From assembly GCA_043228905.1 (NCBI GenBank), contig JBHGNT010000017.1, positions 9,796,001 through 9,860,000 of the forward strand: a stretch of DNA of 64,000 nucleotides. The letters run 5' to 3'. The position numbers were made by a program, and so were the translations under genes. The DNA comes from Azolla caroliniana. Lineage: Eukaryota > Plantae > Polypodiophyta. This document shows positions 38,737 to 51,868 of the stretch, in pieces. The notes beneath the pieces were generated by a model. It saw only the letters and a list, made by a program, of their open reading frames with translations. It searched no databases and was not told the origin of the DNA. Numbering within the stretch: the stretch's first letter is position 1; each line of letters starts with the position of its first letter.

Positions 38737-40968
38737 TCACTTCGGCATGGGATGTCTTTCCAGTCCGACCCTCTTCCGGCATGCTTCCAGCTTGTCGGGT
38801 GTGAGCACTTTGGTCAGCATATCTGACCCGTTCTCGTCCGTGTGGATCTTCGTCAGCACGAACTCCTGGTCTTCTATCCTTTCCCGGATCCAGTGATATC
38901 TTCGCTGGATGTGCTTCGTCCGGTAGTGATAGGCCGCATTCTTCGCAAGGTGGATGGCACTCTGACTGTCGCAGTAGAGTCGGTACTCCTCCTGCCGGAT
39001 ACCGAGCTCTCTAATGAAGTCCTTCATCCATATTCTTTCCTTGCCGGCTTCAACAGCCGCCATGTACTCCGCCTCCATGGTTGACAACGCAACCGTCTTC
39101 TGCAGCCTCGACTGCCACGAAACAGCTCCCCCTGCATACGTCATCACAAACCCTGATGTGGACCGGCTGATGTCTGCATCAGCCGACATATCCGAATCGG
39201 TAAAGCCGTCGAGTTCGGGCTTACCGGAGCCGAATCGGAGGCACACGTTTGTCGTGCCCTTCAGGTATCGGAGTATCCACTTGGCCGCGTTCCAGTGCTC
39301 TTTGCCGGGATTGCTCATCTACCGGCTCACCACTCCGACTGCATATCCTATGTCCGGTCTTGTACACACCATTGCGTACATCAAGCTTCCGACGGCAGAG
39401 GCATATGGTACTTTCATCATGTCCTCCTTCTCAGCCTTTGTCTTGGGGCTTTGTTTGCTGGACAGCTTGCAGTTTGCCGGGAGGGTTGACCCGACCGGTC
39501 TTGCTTCCGACATGTTGAACCGGTGAAGCACCTTTGTCACGTACTTCTCCTGTGACAGCCACAACTACTTCTTCTTCCGGTCCCGGATGATGTGCATCCC
39601 TAGTATTTGCCTCGCCGGACCCAGGTCCTTCATTGAGAAGGTTCGGTGAAGCGCTTTCTTCAGCATCCGTATCTTGACCTGGTCCCGTCCGACGATCAAC
39701 ATGTCGTCCACGTACAGGAGGAGTATTAGAAAGTCTCCTCCTTCGAACTTCTTCACAAACACGCAGTGATCGGACTGCGTTTTGTGGTACCCTTCGTCGG
39801 TCATGAAGGAGTCGAACTTCCGGTACCATTGCCGGGGATCCTGCTTCAGTTCGTAAAGGCTCTTCTTCAACCGGCATACCAGGTGCTCCTTCCCTTTCTT
39901 CTCGAATCCTTCCGGTTGCTGCATGTAGATCTCTTCTTCGAGATCACCGTGAAGGAATGCCGTCTTCACGTCCATCTGTTCTACCTCGAGGTCCATGCTT
40001 GCCGCTATGCTCAGCACCGTCCGGATGGAGGTCATCTTCACTACCGGGGCAAATATCTCGTCGAAGTCGACGCCCTTCTTCTGCTGGAACCCCTTCACCA
40101 CGATCCTGGCTTTGTATCTCGGGGGGTTTCCGGCATCTCCCGGTTTCAGCTTGAACACCCACTTGTTTCGAAGTGCCCGCTTTCCTTTCGGCAACTCCAC
40201 AAGTTCATATGTGTGGTTCTCATGCAGGGAATCCATCTCCTCCTGCATGGCACTTAACCACCTGCGGCTATGGGTGTCAAGCTTTGCTTCTTCAAAACTC
40301 TCCGGCTCCCCCTCGTCGGTTAGCAGCACGTGCTCTGGTTCCGGAAATCTCCGGGGGGCCCTTCTCTCTCTTAGAGGATATCTCCGTTCCGGAGCTTCGG
40401 TAACCGGCTCCTCCGTTTCCTCTTCATCCGAATCCATTTCAGGATCGGGGCCGGTTCCGGTATCAGTTTCATCTTCCTCGGCCGGTTCTGTTTCTTCACC
40501 GTCTTCGGCCGGATCCTCGAGTGCTAACCGGTCCCTTGCCGGTCGGGACTGCTCCTCGTAGAGTTGATCCTCACCGGTCGACTTGGAGCTCTTCATCTTC
40601 TTCTCCGACTCCCAGTCGGCGAGTGTCTTGTCCTCCATGAAGATGATATCACGACTCCGGAATATCCTTTTGTCGACCGGGTCCCATACTCGGTAGCCGA
40701 ACTCGTCATCGCCGTAACCGAGGAATATGCATGGCCGGGTCTTTGGATCTAGCTTTCCTCTCCGGTCCTTTGCCACATGCACGTCTGCGAGACACCCGAA
40801 CACCTTCAGATGCCGGTAGGATACTTCCCTACCGGTCCACACTCTCTGCGGCGTGTCTCCGTCCAAAGGTACTGAGGGTGATCTGTTTATCACGTATGTC
40901 GCCGTCGACATTGCCTCAGCCCAAAACCCCTTGGGTAATTTCGCATGCGCCAGCATACTCCGGACCCT
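38737..40968 (-). pseudogene. pol: Integrase(C)-RT-RNase H of J
   Basis: ORFs 39565..41025, 39319..39564 and 38737..39318 in one frame with two stops; YVDDM and FTDSD motifs. Confidence 0.93.
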
Positions 40969-40973
40969 CTCCA

Positions 40974-41571
40974 TGTTGGGATTTCGGTCCCTCCGGATGG
41001 GATGTCCGGAGATGAATGACGGCAATCCCGGTTACGGTTACGGTTATGATTCCGGAGCCGGACGATGAAGACCCCGGCTACGGAGCCGGATGACGAATGT
41101 ACCCGGAGAGAGATCCGGATGCGGGGACATATTTGTGAATATGTTTGCCAAGGGCCCTTGAGGCTATATTTGTAAATAGCCCGAAAGTCATATGTGTATA
41201 AATATGACTTAGGGCAAACAGTTTTATGTTGTTGCTCATTTTTCCTTTTTTTACTTAGAGAGAGCTAAGTGAGCAGCCGAGAGAGAGAGAGAGAGAGAGA
41301 GAGACGAAGAGGTCGTTGCCTCTGTGTACTGCCGCCGCCTGTGGCGAAGACAGTGAGCTCAAGGTTGTTGCCTTGTAGCTTCACCATTGTACATCTCTGT
41401 TTATAGTGATAGTTGGAGTTTGAGGACTCCCGTGGTTTTTCCCCATTTAGGGTTTTCCACGTAAAACATCCCGTGTACTCTTCTCTCTATTGTACTTCGT
41501 GCATTTTGTATTTCCTGTTTTCTGAAAGTTGATCCTATTCCTCGGTTGTGGCCGAGCACTGTTTTTCAACA
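40974..41571 (+). repeat. 5' LTR of K
   Basis: TGTTGGG...TTCAACA. Confidence 0.96.
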
Positions 41572-41602
41572 AATTGGTATCAGAGCACGGTTAACACAGA
41601 AA

Positions 41603-44600
41603 ATGGAAGGCGGCGGTAGTGGGCCTCCGAGCATGATGGTGTTGAACTCACATAACGACGCCGACTGGAAGATAAAGATGGAAGACCTTCTCATCGTCCG
41701 AGACCTGTACGAACCGATCGACAATGCCGAGATACCCAAGGGGGTAATAGAGTCGGAGTGGAAGCTCTTGAACCGGAAAGCCGTAGCGACGATCCGGCAA
41801 TATGTCGATGTAAGTGTCCTGCAACATGTGGCGAACGATACGAACGCCTATGAGATGTGGCAGAAGCTGTCCGGACTGTATGAGAGGAAGAATGCTCTGA
41901 CCCGGACCTCCCTGATGAGGAAGATAGTGAATCTTAAGTACCGGGACGGCGAGAGCATGGTCGAACACGTCAGCACGTTCATGGGATTTGTGAACCAGCT
42001 TGCGGCGATCAAGTTCCCGTTGGATGACGCAATGCAAGCCATCATGCTGATGTGTACCCTTCCGGAGAGCTGGGAGAACTTGGTAGTTACGCTCAGCACC
42101 TCCTGTAAGGAAGAGAACTGATAAAGAACTGGCCTCCGACTCGAAGGCGCTGCTTACCGAATCGGAACGGGGAAGACAACGGAACCGGAGTCCGCAAAGA
42201 CGGGAGAAGTCGGGGACACGGTCGCAGTCGAGGGGAAGACCTACATGCTTCTACTGTGGGAAGCCGGGGCACTTCCAGAAGAACTGTCGGCATTTCCGGA
42301 AAGACAACGGAACCGACGGTACCGATTCGAAGAAGTCACCGGAGCGAAACGGTGCATACCGGGGAGCCACAGACCGGAGAGGTCCGGATCGGCGAGGGCA
42401 GGACCGGAAAGGAACGACGGCACTCGCGGCAAGTGAAGAAGAGATAATGCTCATTACCGAAGAGAGGGAGCTGAACCTTGCCGGTGAAGAGATGACCTGG
42501 GTGGTCGATTCCGGAGCGTGGTTCCACCTGACCCCGGAGAAGAAATACTTCTCATCCTACACAGCCGGTGAGCACGGCTGTGTCCGGATTGCCGGCATAG
42601 GAGACGTGTGGCTGATGACATCAACCGGATGCAAGATGCTGCTGAAGGATGTCCGACACGTTCCGGAGGTTCGATTGAACCTGATTTCGGCCGGGAGGCT
42701 AGACGATGAAGGCTACACGGGTAGCATCCGGAACGGCGTAATGAAGTTCAACAAGGGGAGCCTGATAGTGGCTCGAGCCCGAAAAGTCAACACACTGTAC
42801 CTTATGAATGCCTGGTTGANNNNNNNNNNNNNNNNNNNNNNNNNNNNNNNNNNNNNNNNNNNNNNNNNNNNNNNNNNNNNNNNNNNNNNNNNNNNNNNNN
42901 NNNNNNNNNNNNNNNNNNNAGAATCCGGCAAGAAGCTGAAAGCGATACGAGCGGATAACGGAGGGGAATACCGGGGGCAGTTCCAGGAGTACTGTCGCTC
43001 GAAGGGAATCCGGCTCGAGTTTACTGTGCCGAAGACGCCGGAACTGAACGGGCTAGCCGAGAGGATGAACCGGACCATAATGGAGAGGGTCCGGAGTATG
43101 CTGGCGCATGCGAAATTACCCAAGGGGTTTTGGGCTGAGGCAATGTCGACGGCGACATACGTGATAAACAGATCACCCTCAGTACCTTTGGACGGAGACA
43201 CGCCGCAGAGAGTGTGGACCGGTAAGGAAGTGTCCTACCGGCATCTGAAGGTGTTCGGGTGTCTCGCATACGTGCATGTGGCAAAGGACCGGAGAGGGAA
43301 GTTAGATCCAAAGACCCGGCCATGCATATTCCTCGGTTACGGCGACGATGAGTTCGGCTACCGAGTATGGGACCCGGTCGACAAGAAGATATTCAGGAGT
43401 CGAGATATCATCTTCATGGAGGACAAGACACTCGCCGACTGGGAGTCGGAGAAGAAGATGAAGAGCTCCAAGTCGACCGGTGAGGATCAACTCTACGAGG
43501 AGTAGTCCCGACCGGCAAGGGACCGGTTAGCACTCGAGGATCTGGCTGAAGACGGTGAAGAAACAGAACCGGCCGAGGAAGATGAAACTGATACCGGAAC
43601 CGGCCCCGATACCGAAATGGATTCGGATGAAGAGGAAACGGAGGAGCCGGTTACCGAAGCTCCGGAACGGAGATATCCTCTAAGAGAGAGAAGGCCCCCC
43701 CGGAGATTTCCGGAACCAGAGCACGTGCTGCTAACCGACGAGGGGGAGCCAGAGAGTTTTGAAGAAGCAAAGCTTGACACCCATAGCCGCAGGTGGTTAA
43801 GTGCCATGCAGGAGGAGATGGATTCCCTGCATGAGAACCACACATATGAACTTGTGGAGTTGCCGAAAGGAAAGCGGGCACTTCGGAACAAGTGGGTGTT
43901 CAAGCTGAAACCGGGAGATGCCGGAAAACCCCTGAGATACAAAGCCAGGATCGTGGTGAAGGGGTTCCAGTAGAAGAAGGGCGTCGATTTCGACGAGATA
44001 TTTGCCCCGGTAGTGAAGATGACCTCCATCCGGACGGTGCTGAGCATAGCGGCAAGCATGGACCTCGAGGTAGAACAGATGGACGTGAAGACGGCATTCC
44101 TTCACGGTGACCTCGAAGAAGAGATCTACATGCAGCAACCGGAAGGATTCGAGAAGAAAGGGAAGGAGCACCTGGTATGTCGGTTGAAGAAGAGCCTTTA
44201 CGGACTGAAGCAGGCTCCCCGGCAATGGTACCGGAAGTTCGACTCCTTCATGACCGACGAAGGGTACCACAAAACGCAGTCCGATCACTGCGTGTTTGTG
44301 AAGAAGTTCGAAGGAGGAGACTCTCTAATACTCCTCCTATATGTGGACGACATGTTGATCGTCGGACGGGACCAGGGCAAGATACGGATGCTGAAGAAAG
44401 CACTTCACCGAACCTTCTCAATGAAGGACCTGGGTCCGGCGAGGCAAATACTAAGGATGCACATCATCCGAGACCGGAAGAAGAAGCAGTTGTGGCTGTC
44501 ACAGGAGAAGTACGTAACAAAGGTGCTTCACCGGTTCAACATGTCGGAAGCAAGACCGGTCGGATCAACCCTCCCGGCAAACTGCAAGTTGTCCAGCAAG

Positions 44601-45317
44601 CAAAGCCCCAAGACAAAGGCTGAGAAAGAGGACATGATGAAAGTACCATATGCCTCTGCCGTCGGAAGCTTGATGTACGCAATGGTGTGTACAAGACCGG
44701 ACATAGGATATGCAGTCGGAGTGGTGAGCCGGTACATGAGCAATCCCGGCAAAGAACACTGGAACGCGGTCAAGTGGATACTCCGATACCTGAAGGGCAC
44801 GGCAAACGTGTGCCTCCGATTCGGCTCCGGTAAGCCCGAACTCGACGGCTTTACCGATTCGGATATGTCGGCTGATGCAGATACCAGCCGGTCCACATCC
44901 GGGTATGTGATGACGTATGCAGGGGGAGCTGTTTCGTGGCAGTCGAGGCTGCAGAAGACGGTTGCGTTGTCAACCACGGAGGCGGAGTACATGGCGGCTG
45001 TTAAAGCCGGCAAGGAAATAATATGGATGAAAGACTTCATTAGGGAGCTCGGTATCCGGCAGGAGGAGTACCGGCTCTATTGCGATAGTCAGAGTGCCAT
45101 CCACCTTGCGAAGAACGCGGCCTACCATTCCCGGACGAAACACATCCAGCGTAGATACCACTGGATCCGGGAAAGGATAGAAGACAAGGAGTTCGTGCTG
45201 ACGAAGATCCACACAGACGAGAACGGGTCGGATATGCTGACCAAGGTTCTCACACCCGACAAGCTGGAAGCATGCCGGAAGAGGATCAGATTGGAGAGAC
45301 ATCCCATGCCGAAGTGA
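41603..45317 (+). pseudogene. gag-pol: gag-pol of K (small deletions, two TAG stops, assembly gap)
   Basis: ORFs 41546..42121, 42447..43505, 43617..43973, 44013..45317. Confidence 0.92.
42820..42919. other. Assembly gap (100 N)
   Basis: Run of N; comparison with J implies the true missing segment is longer than 100 bp. Confidence 0.99.
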
Positions 45318-45327
45318 AGGGGGAGTT

Positions 45328-45925
45328 TGTTGGGATTTCGGTCCCTCCGGATGGGATGTCCGGAGATGAATGACGGCAATCCCAGTTACGGTTACGATTA
45401 CGATTCCGGAGCCGGACGATGAAGACCCCGGCTACGGAGCCGGATGACGAATGTACCCGGAGAGATATCCGGATGCGGGGACATATTTGTGAATATGTTT
45501 GCCAAGGGCCCTTGAGGCTATATTTGTAAATAGCCCGAAAGTCATATGTGTATAAATATGACTTAGGGCAAACAGTTTTATGTTGTTGCTCATTTTTCCT
45601 TTTTTTACTTAGAGAGAGCTAAGTGAGCAGCCGAGAGAGAGAGAGAGAGAGAGAGAGACGAAGAGGTCGTTGCCTCTGTGTACTGCCGCCGCCTGTGGCG
45701 AAGACAGTGAGCTCAAGGTTGTTGCCTTGTAGCTTCACCATTGTACATCTCTGTTTATAGTGATAGTTGGAGTTTGAGGACTCCCGTGGTTTTTCCCCAT
45801 TTAGGGTTTTCCACGTAAAACATCCCGTGTACTCTTCTCTCTATTGTACTTCGTGCATTTTGTATTTCCTGTTTTCTGAAAGTTGATCCTATTCCTCGGT
45901 TGTGGCCGAGCACTGTTTTTCAACA
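45328..45925 (+). repeat. 3' LTR of K
   Basis: Matches 40974-41571 (about 4 differences by eye). Confidence 0.96.
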
Positions 45926-45930
45926 CTCCA

Positions 45931-48397
45931 TTATGGTCCGGTTCATCCTCTCGGCCAGCCCGTTCAGTTTCGGCGTCTTCGGCACAGTAAACTCGAGCCG
46001 GATTCCCTTCGAGCGACAGTACTGCTCGAACTGCCCTCGGTATTCCCCTCCGTTATCCGCTCGTATCGCTTTCAGCTTCTTGCCGGATTCCCTTTCCACT
46101 CTCGCGTGGAGTTCTTTGAAGACGCACAACACTTGGTCCTTTGTCTTCAACGGTGCCGTCCACAGCTTCCGGCTGTGGTCATCAATGAATGTCACGAAGT
46201 ACTGGGCTTCGCCATGTGACTTCGTTTCTACTTGACACACGTCAGTGTGCACCAACTCCAATGGTGCGCTACGTCTCGTCGGTGGCCTTGAGTGGAAGGA
46301 GGTTCAGTTCTGCTTACCGGCCAAGCAATCGGTGCACTTCTCCAGGTGCACATGCTTCACTGGAATAAGGATTTCTTCTGTAGGCCTCTTCATCCCCTTC
46401 TCACTCATGTGGCACAGTCTCTTGTGCCACAGCTCACCGGCAGTGTCGGCTGCCACGTTCAACTCCTCCGGACACAACCAGGCATTCATAAGGTACAGTG
46501 TGTTGACTTTCCGGGCCCGAGCCACTATCAGGCTCCCCTTGCTGAACTTCATTACGCAGTTCCGGATGCTACCTGTGTAGCCTTCATCGTCTAGCCTCCC
46601 GGCCGAAATCAGGTTCAATCGAATCTCCGGAACGTGTCGGACATCCTTCAGCAACATTTTGCATCCGGTCGAGGTTGTCAACGACACGTCTCCTATGCCG
46701 GCAATCCGGCACGTACCTTCATTTCCCATCCGAACACAGCCATGCTCACCGGCTGTGTAGGATGAGAAGTATCTTCTTTCCGGGGTCAGGTGGAACGACG
46801 CTCCGGAATCGACCACCCAGGTAGTCTCATCGCCGGCAATGTTTAGTTCACCTTCTTCGGTGATGAGCATGATCTCCTCTTCACTTGCCGCGAGTGCCGT
46901 CGTTCCTTTCCGGTCCTGCCCTCGCCGATCCGAACCATTCCAGTCTGTGGCTCCCCGGTAAGCACCGTTCCGTTCCAAAGACTTCTTCGAATCGGTGTCG
47001 TCGGCTCCGTTGTCTTTTCGGTAATGCCGACAATTCTTTCGGAAGTGCCCCGGCTTCCCACAGTGGAAGCATGTGTCGGCTGCCACGTTCAACTCCTCCG
47101 GACACAACCAGGCATTCATAAGGTACAGTGTGTTGACTTTCCGGGCCCGAGCCACTATCAGGCTCCCCTTGCTGAACTTCATTACGCAGTTCCGGATGCT
47201 ACCTGTGTAGCCTTCATCGTCTAGCCTCCCGGCCGAAATCAGGTTCAATCGAATCTCCGGAACGTGTCGGACATCCTTCAGCAACATTTTGCATCCGGTC
47301 GAGGTTGTCAACGACACGTCTCCTATGCCGGCAATCCGGCACGTACCTTCATTTCCCATCCGAACACAGCCATGCTCACCGGCTGTGTAGGATGAGAAGT
47401 ATCTTCTTTCCGGGGTCAGGTGGAACGACGCTCCGGAATCGACCACCCAGGTAGTCTCATCGCCGGCAATGTTTAGTTCACCTTCTTCGGTGATGAGCAT
47501 GATCTCCTCTTCACTTGCCGCGAGTGCCGTCGTTCCTTTCCGGTCCTGCCCTCGCCGATCCGAACCATTCCAGTCTGTGGCTCCCCGGTAAGCACCGTTC
47601 CGTTCCGAAGACTTCTTCGAATCGGTGTCGTCGGCTCCGTTGTCTTTTCGGTAATGCCGACAATTCTTTCGGAAGTGCCCCGGCTTCCCACAGTGGAAGC
47701 ATGTCGGCCTTCCTCTTGACTGCGACCGGGTCCCCGACTTCTCCCGTCTTTGCGGACTCCGGTTCCGTTGTCTTCCCCGATCCGATTCGGTAAGCAGCAT
47801 CTTCGGATCGGAGGCCGGTTCTTTATCTCTCCGACGCGCTTCTTCGTTCAAAATGCTTGTCTTTACCGTTTGTAGGGACAAGTTATCTTTGGTGCAGGAG
47901 GTGCTGAGAGTCACCACCAAGTTCTCCCAGCTTTCCGGCAATGTACACATCAGCATGATGGCTTGCATTGCATCCTTCAACGGGAACTTGATCGCCGCAA
48001 GTTGGTTCACGAATCCCATGAACGTGCTTACGTGTTCCACCATACTCTCGCCGTCCCGGTACTTGAGGTTCACTATCTTCCTCATCAGGGAGGTCCGGTT
48101 CAACGCATTCTTCCTCTCGTAGAGGCCCGACAGCTTCTGCCACATCTCATATGCGTTGGTGCCGTTCGCCACATGTTGTAGAACGCTCACGTCGACGTAT
48201 TGCCGAATGGTTGCAACGGCTTTCCGGTTCAGAAGCCTCCATTCCGTCTCAAGTACCCCCTTGGGTATTTCTGACCTGTCGATCGGTTCATACAGGTCCC
48301 GAACAATGAGCAGATCCTCCATCTTTATCTTCCAGTCAGCGTAGTTCTGCGCATTCAGCACCATCATCCCCGGCTGCCCGCTGCTGCCGCCTTCCAT
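45931..48397 (-). pseudogene. gag-pol: gag-protease-integrase(N) of J with 630-bp in-frame duplication; TGA at 46304
   Basis: ORF 46304..48406 contains the CFHCGKPGHFRKNC...VDSGAS block twice; ORF 45920..46261. Confidence 0.92.
46443..47702 (-). repeat. Tandem duplication, 2 x 630 bp
   Basis: 46443-47072 equals 47073-47702 except one base (CCAAAG vs CCGAAG) by eye. Confidence 0.95.
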
Positions 48398-48428
48398 TTT
48401 CTGCACTTCAATCGCTCTGATACCAGAT

Positions 48429-49062
48429 TGTTAGAAATTGACGCTTTCAAACCTTCACCTCTCGGCCACAACCGAGGAAACACGAGTCAATGCAGCAGTA
48501 AATCGAAAACACAGAGAGAGACTCGAATGCACAGGGTTTAGCGTGGAAAACCCTAGACGGGAAAAAACCACGGGAGTGCAAGACTCCGACTATCACTATA
48601 CGCAGGGAATGTACAATGGCGAGCTGCAAGGCGACGACCTTGAGCTCGCTGTCCTCGCCACAGGCGGCGGTATTACACAGAGGCGTCGACCTCTTCCTTT
48701 CTCTCTCTCTCACTCTCTCTCTCTCTACTCTCACTTCGCTCCCTCTAAGTGGAAAAACAGAAAAATGAACAACAACAACAAAACTGTTTGCCCTAAGTCA
48801 TATTTATACACATATGACTTTCGGGCTATTTACAAATATAGCCTAGAGGGCCCTTGGCAAACATATTCACAAATATGTCCCCGCATCCGGATCTCTCTCC
48901 GGGTACATTCGTCATCCGGCTCCGTAGCCGGGGTCTTCATCATCCGGATCCGAAACCGGGTCTTCATCATCCGGCTCTGATACCGGGTACTCCTCATTCG
49001 GGTCTTCATTCCCGATTCCCGGACATCTGACCATCCCATCCGGAGGGACCGTAATCCCAACA
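48429..49062 (-). repeat. 5' LTR of J
   Basis: Adjacent to PBS. Confidence 0.96.
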
Positions 49063-49067
49063 CTTTT

Positions 49068-49256
49068 AGGGCTTGTATAAAAGTGTTCACTGAGCACGTC
49101 TTATGTACAGAGATTGAGTATTATTGTTGAATATAGTTTTTTGTGCTTCTCTCTGTCTCTCCTGCGTATACCATGTAAGCTCAAGCTCTCCATTAAACCT
49201 GTTTTTCTTTCCTTCTGTTCGGACTTCATACTTGCTTCCGCACGCTACTTTCTACA
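49068..49256 (+). repeat. 3' LTR of G, second part
   Basis: Matches 22912-23100. Confidence 0.95.
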
Positions 49257-49261
49257 CTAAC

Positions 49262-51868
49262 TATCAAGCTCTTTTGTCGATTTGATTGACGGACTTTTCC
49301 TTTGGTCATTTCCGGGGCCTTCTTCACTTCATACTTGTTGTGGACTGATCGGGGTGAATGATCTGAGTCTTCACTGGATGTCATGTCCTTGGCCTCTTGC
49401 CCTTTTTTTTCTTTCTACGGGTTTAGCACCAAGTGGATTGCACATCAGAGGTTTCTTCATGTTGTGCAAGACTCTGATTGCTGGATGACACCTCCGGTCC
49501 AGTCATCTGGAGTGTGGGCAAACTCTCTGTTGGTTCTCCACCCATAATGGTCGTTAGCATCTCTTCTTCTTCACTCCGAGAATCTGCTCTAGTTCTACTT
49601 GTTTCCAGCACGGTGGGGGTCACTGATGTTGGGCGATACCATGATGTCACCTCATCAAATACCACATCTCGGCTTACTAGTGACTGTCGAGTGATGGGGT
49701 TAAAACACTTGTAACCCTTTTGCTCAAGTGAGTAACCGACAAACATCATCTTCTCCGATTTTGGGTCAAGCTTTCTCCGCTTCTCATCGGGTACATGCAC
49801 AAATGCAATGCTGCCAATAACCTTCAAGCGTGAAAGGTCTGGCTTTGTCCCAAAATACTTCTCGTGAGGGGTGATGTCATGGACACCCTCGGTCGTGCAC
49901 CTATTGATGAGATACATAGCAGTTACTGCTGCCTCTACCCTATAGATCTTGGGCATGTTCTTCTCATGCAGAATGGTGCGGGCCATCTCAAGAAATGTGA
50001 GATTCTTCCGCTCAGCAACACAATTTTGTTGTGGTGTGTACCGACAAGAGAATTCCCGACGAGTCCCCATCTCTTCTAGAAAGGCCTTGAACTCAGTTGA
50101 GAAGTATTCCTGGCCACCATCATACCGTAAGCATCGAATCTTGTGATTCGTCTCATTTTCCACGCAATTCTTTAACTTGAGAAAGTGGGAGAAGACCTCA
50201 CTTTTGACTTCATCGGGCATATCCAGGTATGCCGCGAATAGTCGTCAATGAAGGTAACGAAGTACATACACCCACCTATTGTCGTTGTTTGAGCTGGGCC
50301 CCATACATTTGAGTGGATGACGTCCAACAAGCCTTTACTCACATTTCTTTCACTTAGGAATGGATGCCTATGTTGCTTGCCTAGTTGGCACGCCTCACAT
50401 ACATTATCAGGATGATTCAAAGTAAATTGTGGAAATCCATGCACAAACCCTTTTGTTTGCATTGATCAGAGTTTACCGAGGTTTACATGGCCAACCCTTT
50501 TGTGCCACAACTCAATATCAAACTCAACCTTGAGTCCCTTTACATACATTGCTGTGTTGAAGAATAAACATGCGACCTTCTCTTCTTGCATGAGTGATAA
50601 GTTGGCCCTTATCCTCGATGAAGCAACCTTCCTGGTTAAATCATACTAGCAATCCTTGCTCGACAATTTGGCCAACCAAGACCAAATTCTTTGTGATTGT
50701 CGGGACATGCAGTACATCCTTCATGTAGCCCTTGTTGTCGTGATTGTTAAGGGCCACATCTCCGATGTGCTCAATCATGTGTGTGGAGTCATCACCGGTC
50801 TCCACCACACCGGGTCTCTCGGGTTCCCTCAAATTCATGAACCATTCTTGATGAGTTGTCATGTGATTTGAGGCACCTAAGTTCACAAACTAGACATCAT
50901 CAGGTTGGGAAACACTTGTTATCATGCTATTCACCCGGTGTCGCATAACAAACATCGGCCCTTTGTTTTCTATGTCAGCCATCACAACATAGTTTGTTTG
51001 CTGCCGGGATGAGGCAGCTGAGTCATTCTTCTTCTTCCGACACTCGGCTTCAATGTGGCCAGGATTTCCACAATACCAGCACTTGGTTTGCTGGTTCTGC
51101 TTGGTTGATGCAGGCTGGTGGAAGCTCCCCTTTCTACCGGAATTCCCTTGGTTGTTTTGACCTTCTTGCTGCCTGGAATTAAACTGTTGTGGACCTCGTC
51201 CACCTCTTCCTTGGCCATTCCTCCCCCGATTTCCACGACCACGACCGTGACCTTGATTGAGATTATCAAGTGTATATAACATCTACCCATCAGATGTTGT
51301 GCTTTTCGACCATGAATGGTTCTTCTCAACCATTAGCATGGATTGCAAGTCGAAAAAGCTTGGGGGGTTCTCCCTTGTTGTTATGGCAGTTTGAAACGAG
51401 CCATATTTTTGTGCAAGGCCACACCATCTCATCATCATCAATTGCGACATTGATGGAGCCAAGTGAATTGCATAAGTCTTTGATCGGGAGGGTATAGTCC
51501 GTCACGAACATATCCCCCTGCCGAATATTGTTCAACTCCTGCCGGAGTTGAAGTTTTCTCACTATGGTTGAAGCCACGAAAATCTTCTTCAAGTTTTTCC
51601 ACACTTCTGTTGGGGCTTTCACATCTCGAATATAGCTTAACATGTGATCTTGCACACATGTTGCGAAACAATACATTACCCTACTCGCGCCTTACAGCCA
51701 TGTTGGGTAGTTGGGACTTGTAATATCAGGGGCTGTTTCTTGAGCTCCCTCGATATAACTCCAATACCCTTGCCCAACTAAGTATTGTTGCATCTTATAT
51801 TCCCAAGATGCGTAGTTGTGCATGTCCAACTTCTCTCTTGGAAGTGCACTACCCATTTGTGCATTCAT
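49262..51868 (-). pseudogene. gag-pol: gag-protease-integrase of E
   Basis: KLDMHNYASW gag start, CWYCGNPGHIEAEC knuckle, GASNHMT and FIDDYSRHTW motifs. Confidence 0.9.

Larger units (their letters stand above)
40974..45925 (+). mobile_element. Element K: Ty1/copia of the J family, inserted in opposite orientation in J's integrase
   Basis: 598-bp LTRs 40974-41571 and 45328-45925; TSD CTCCA (40969-40973, 45926-45930); PBS 41575-41586; PPT 45316-45325. Confidence 0.94.
38093..49062 (-). mobile_element. Element J: Ty1/copia (Tnt1/Tork-like) retrotransposon inserted in G's 3' LTR
   Basis: 634-bp LTRs 38093-38726 and 48429-49062; TSD CTTTT (38088-38092, 49063-49067); PBS 48414-48425; PPT 38729-38738. 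Confidence 0.96.
22715..49256 (+). mobile_element. Element G: Ty1/copia retrotransposon (A family) inserted in E's integrase-RT linker
   Basis: LTRs 22715-23100 and 37896-38092+49068-49256; TSD CTAAC (22710-22714, 49257-49261); mutated PBS TGGTATGAGAGC 23101-23112; PPT 37887-37895. Confidence 0.96.
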
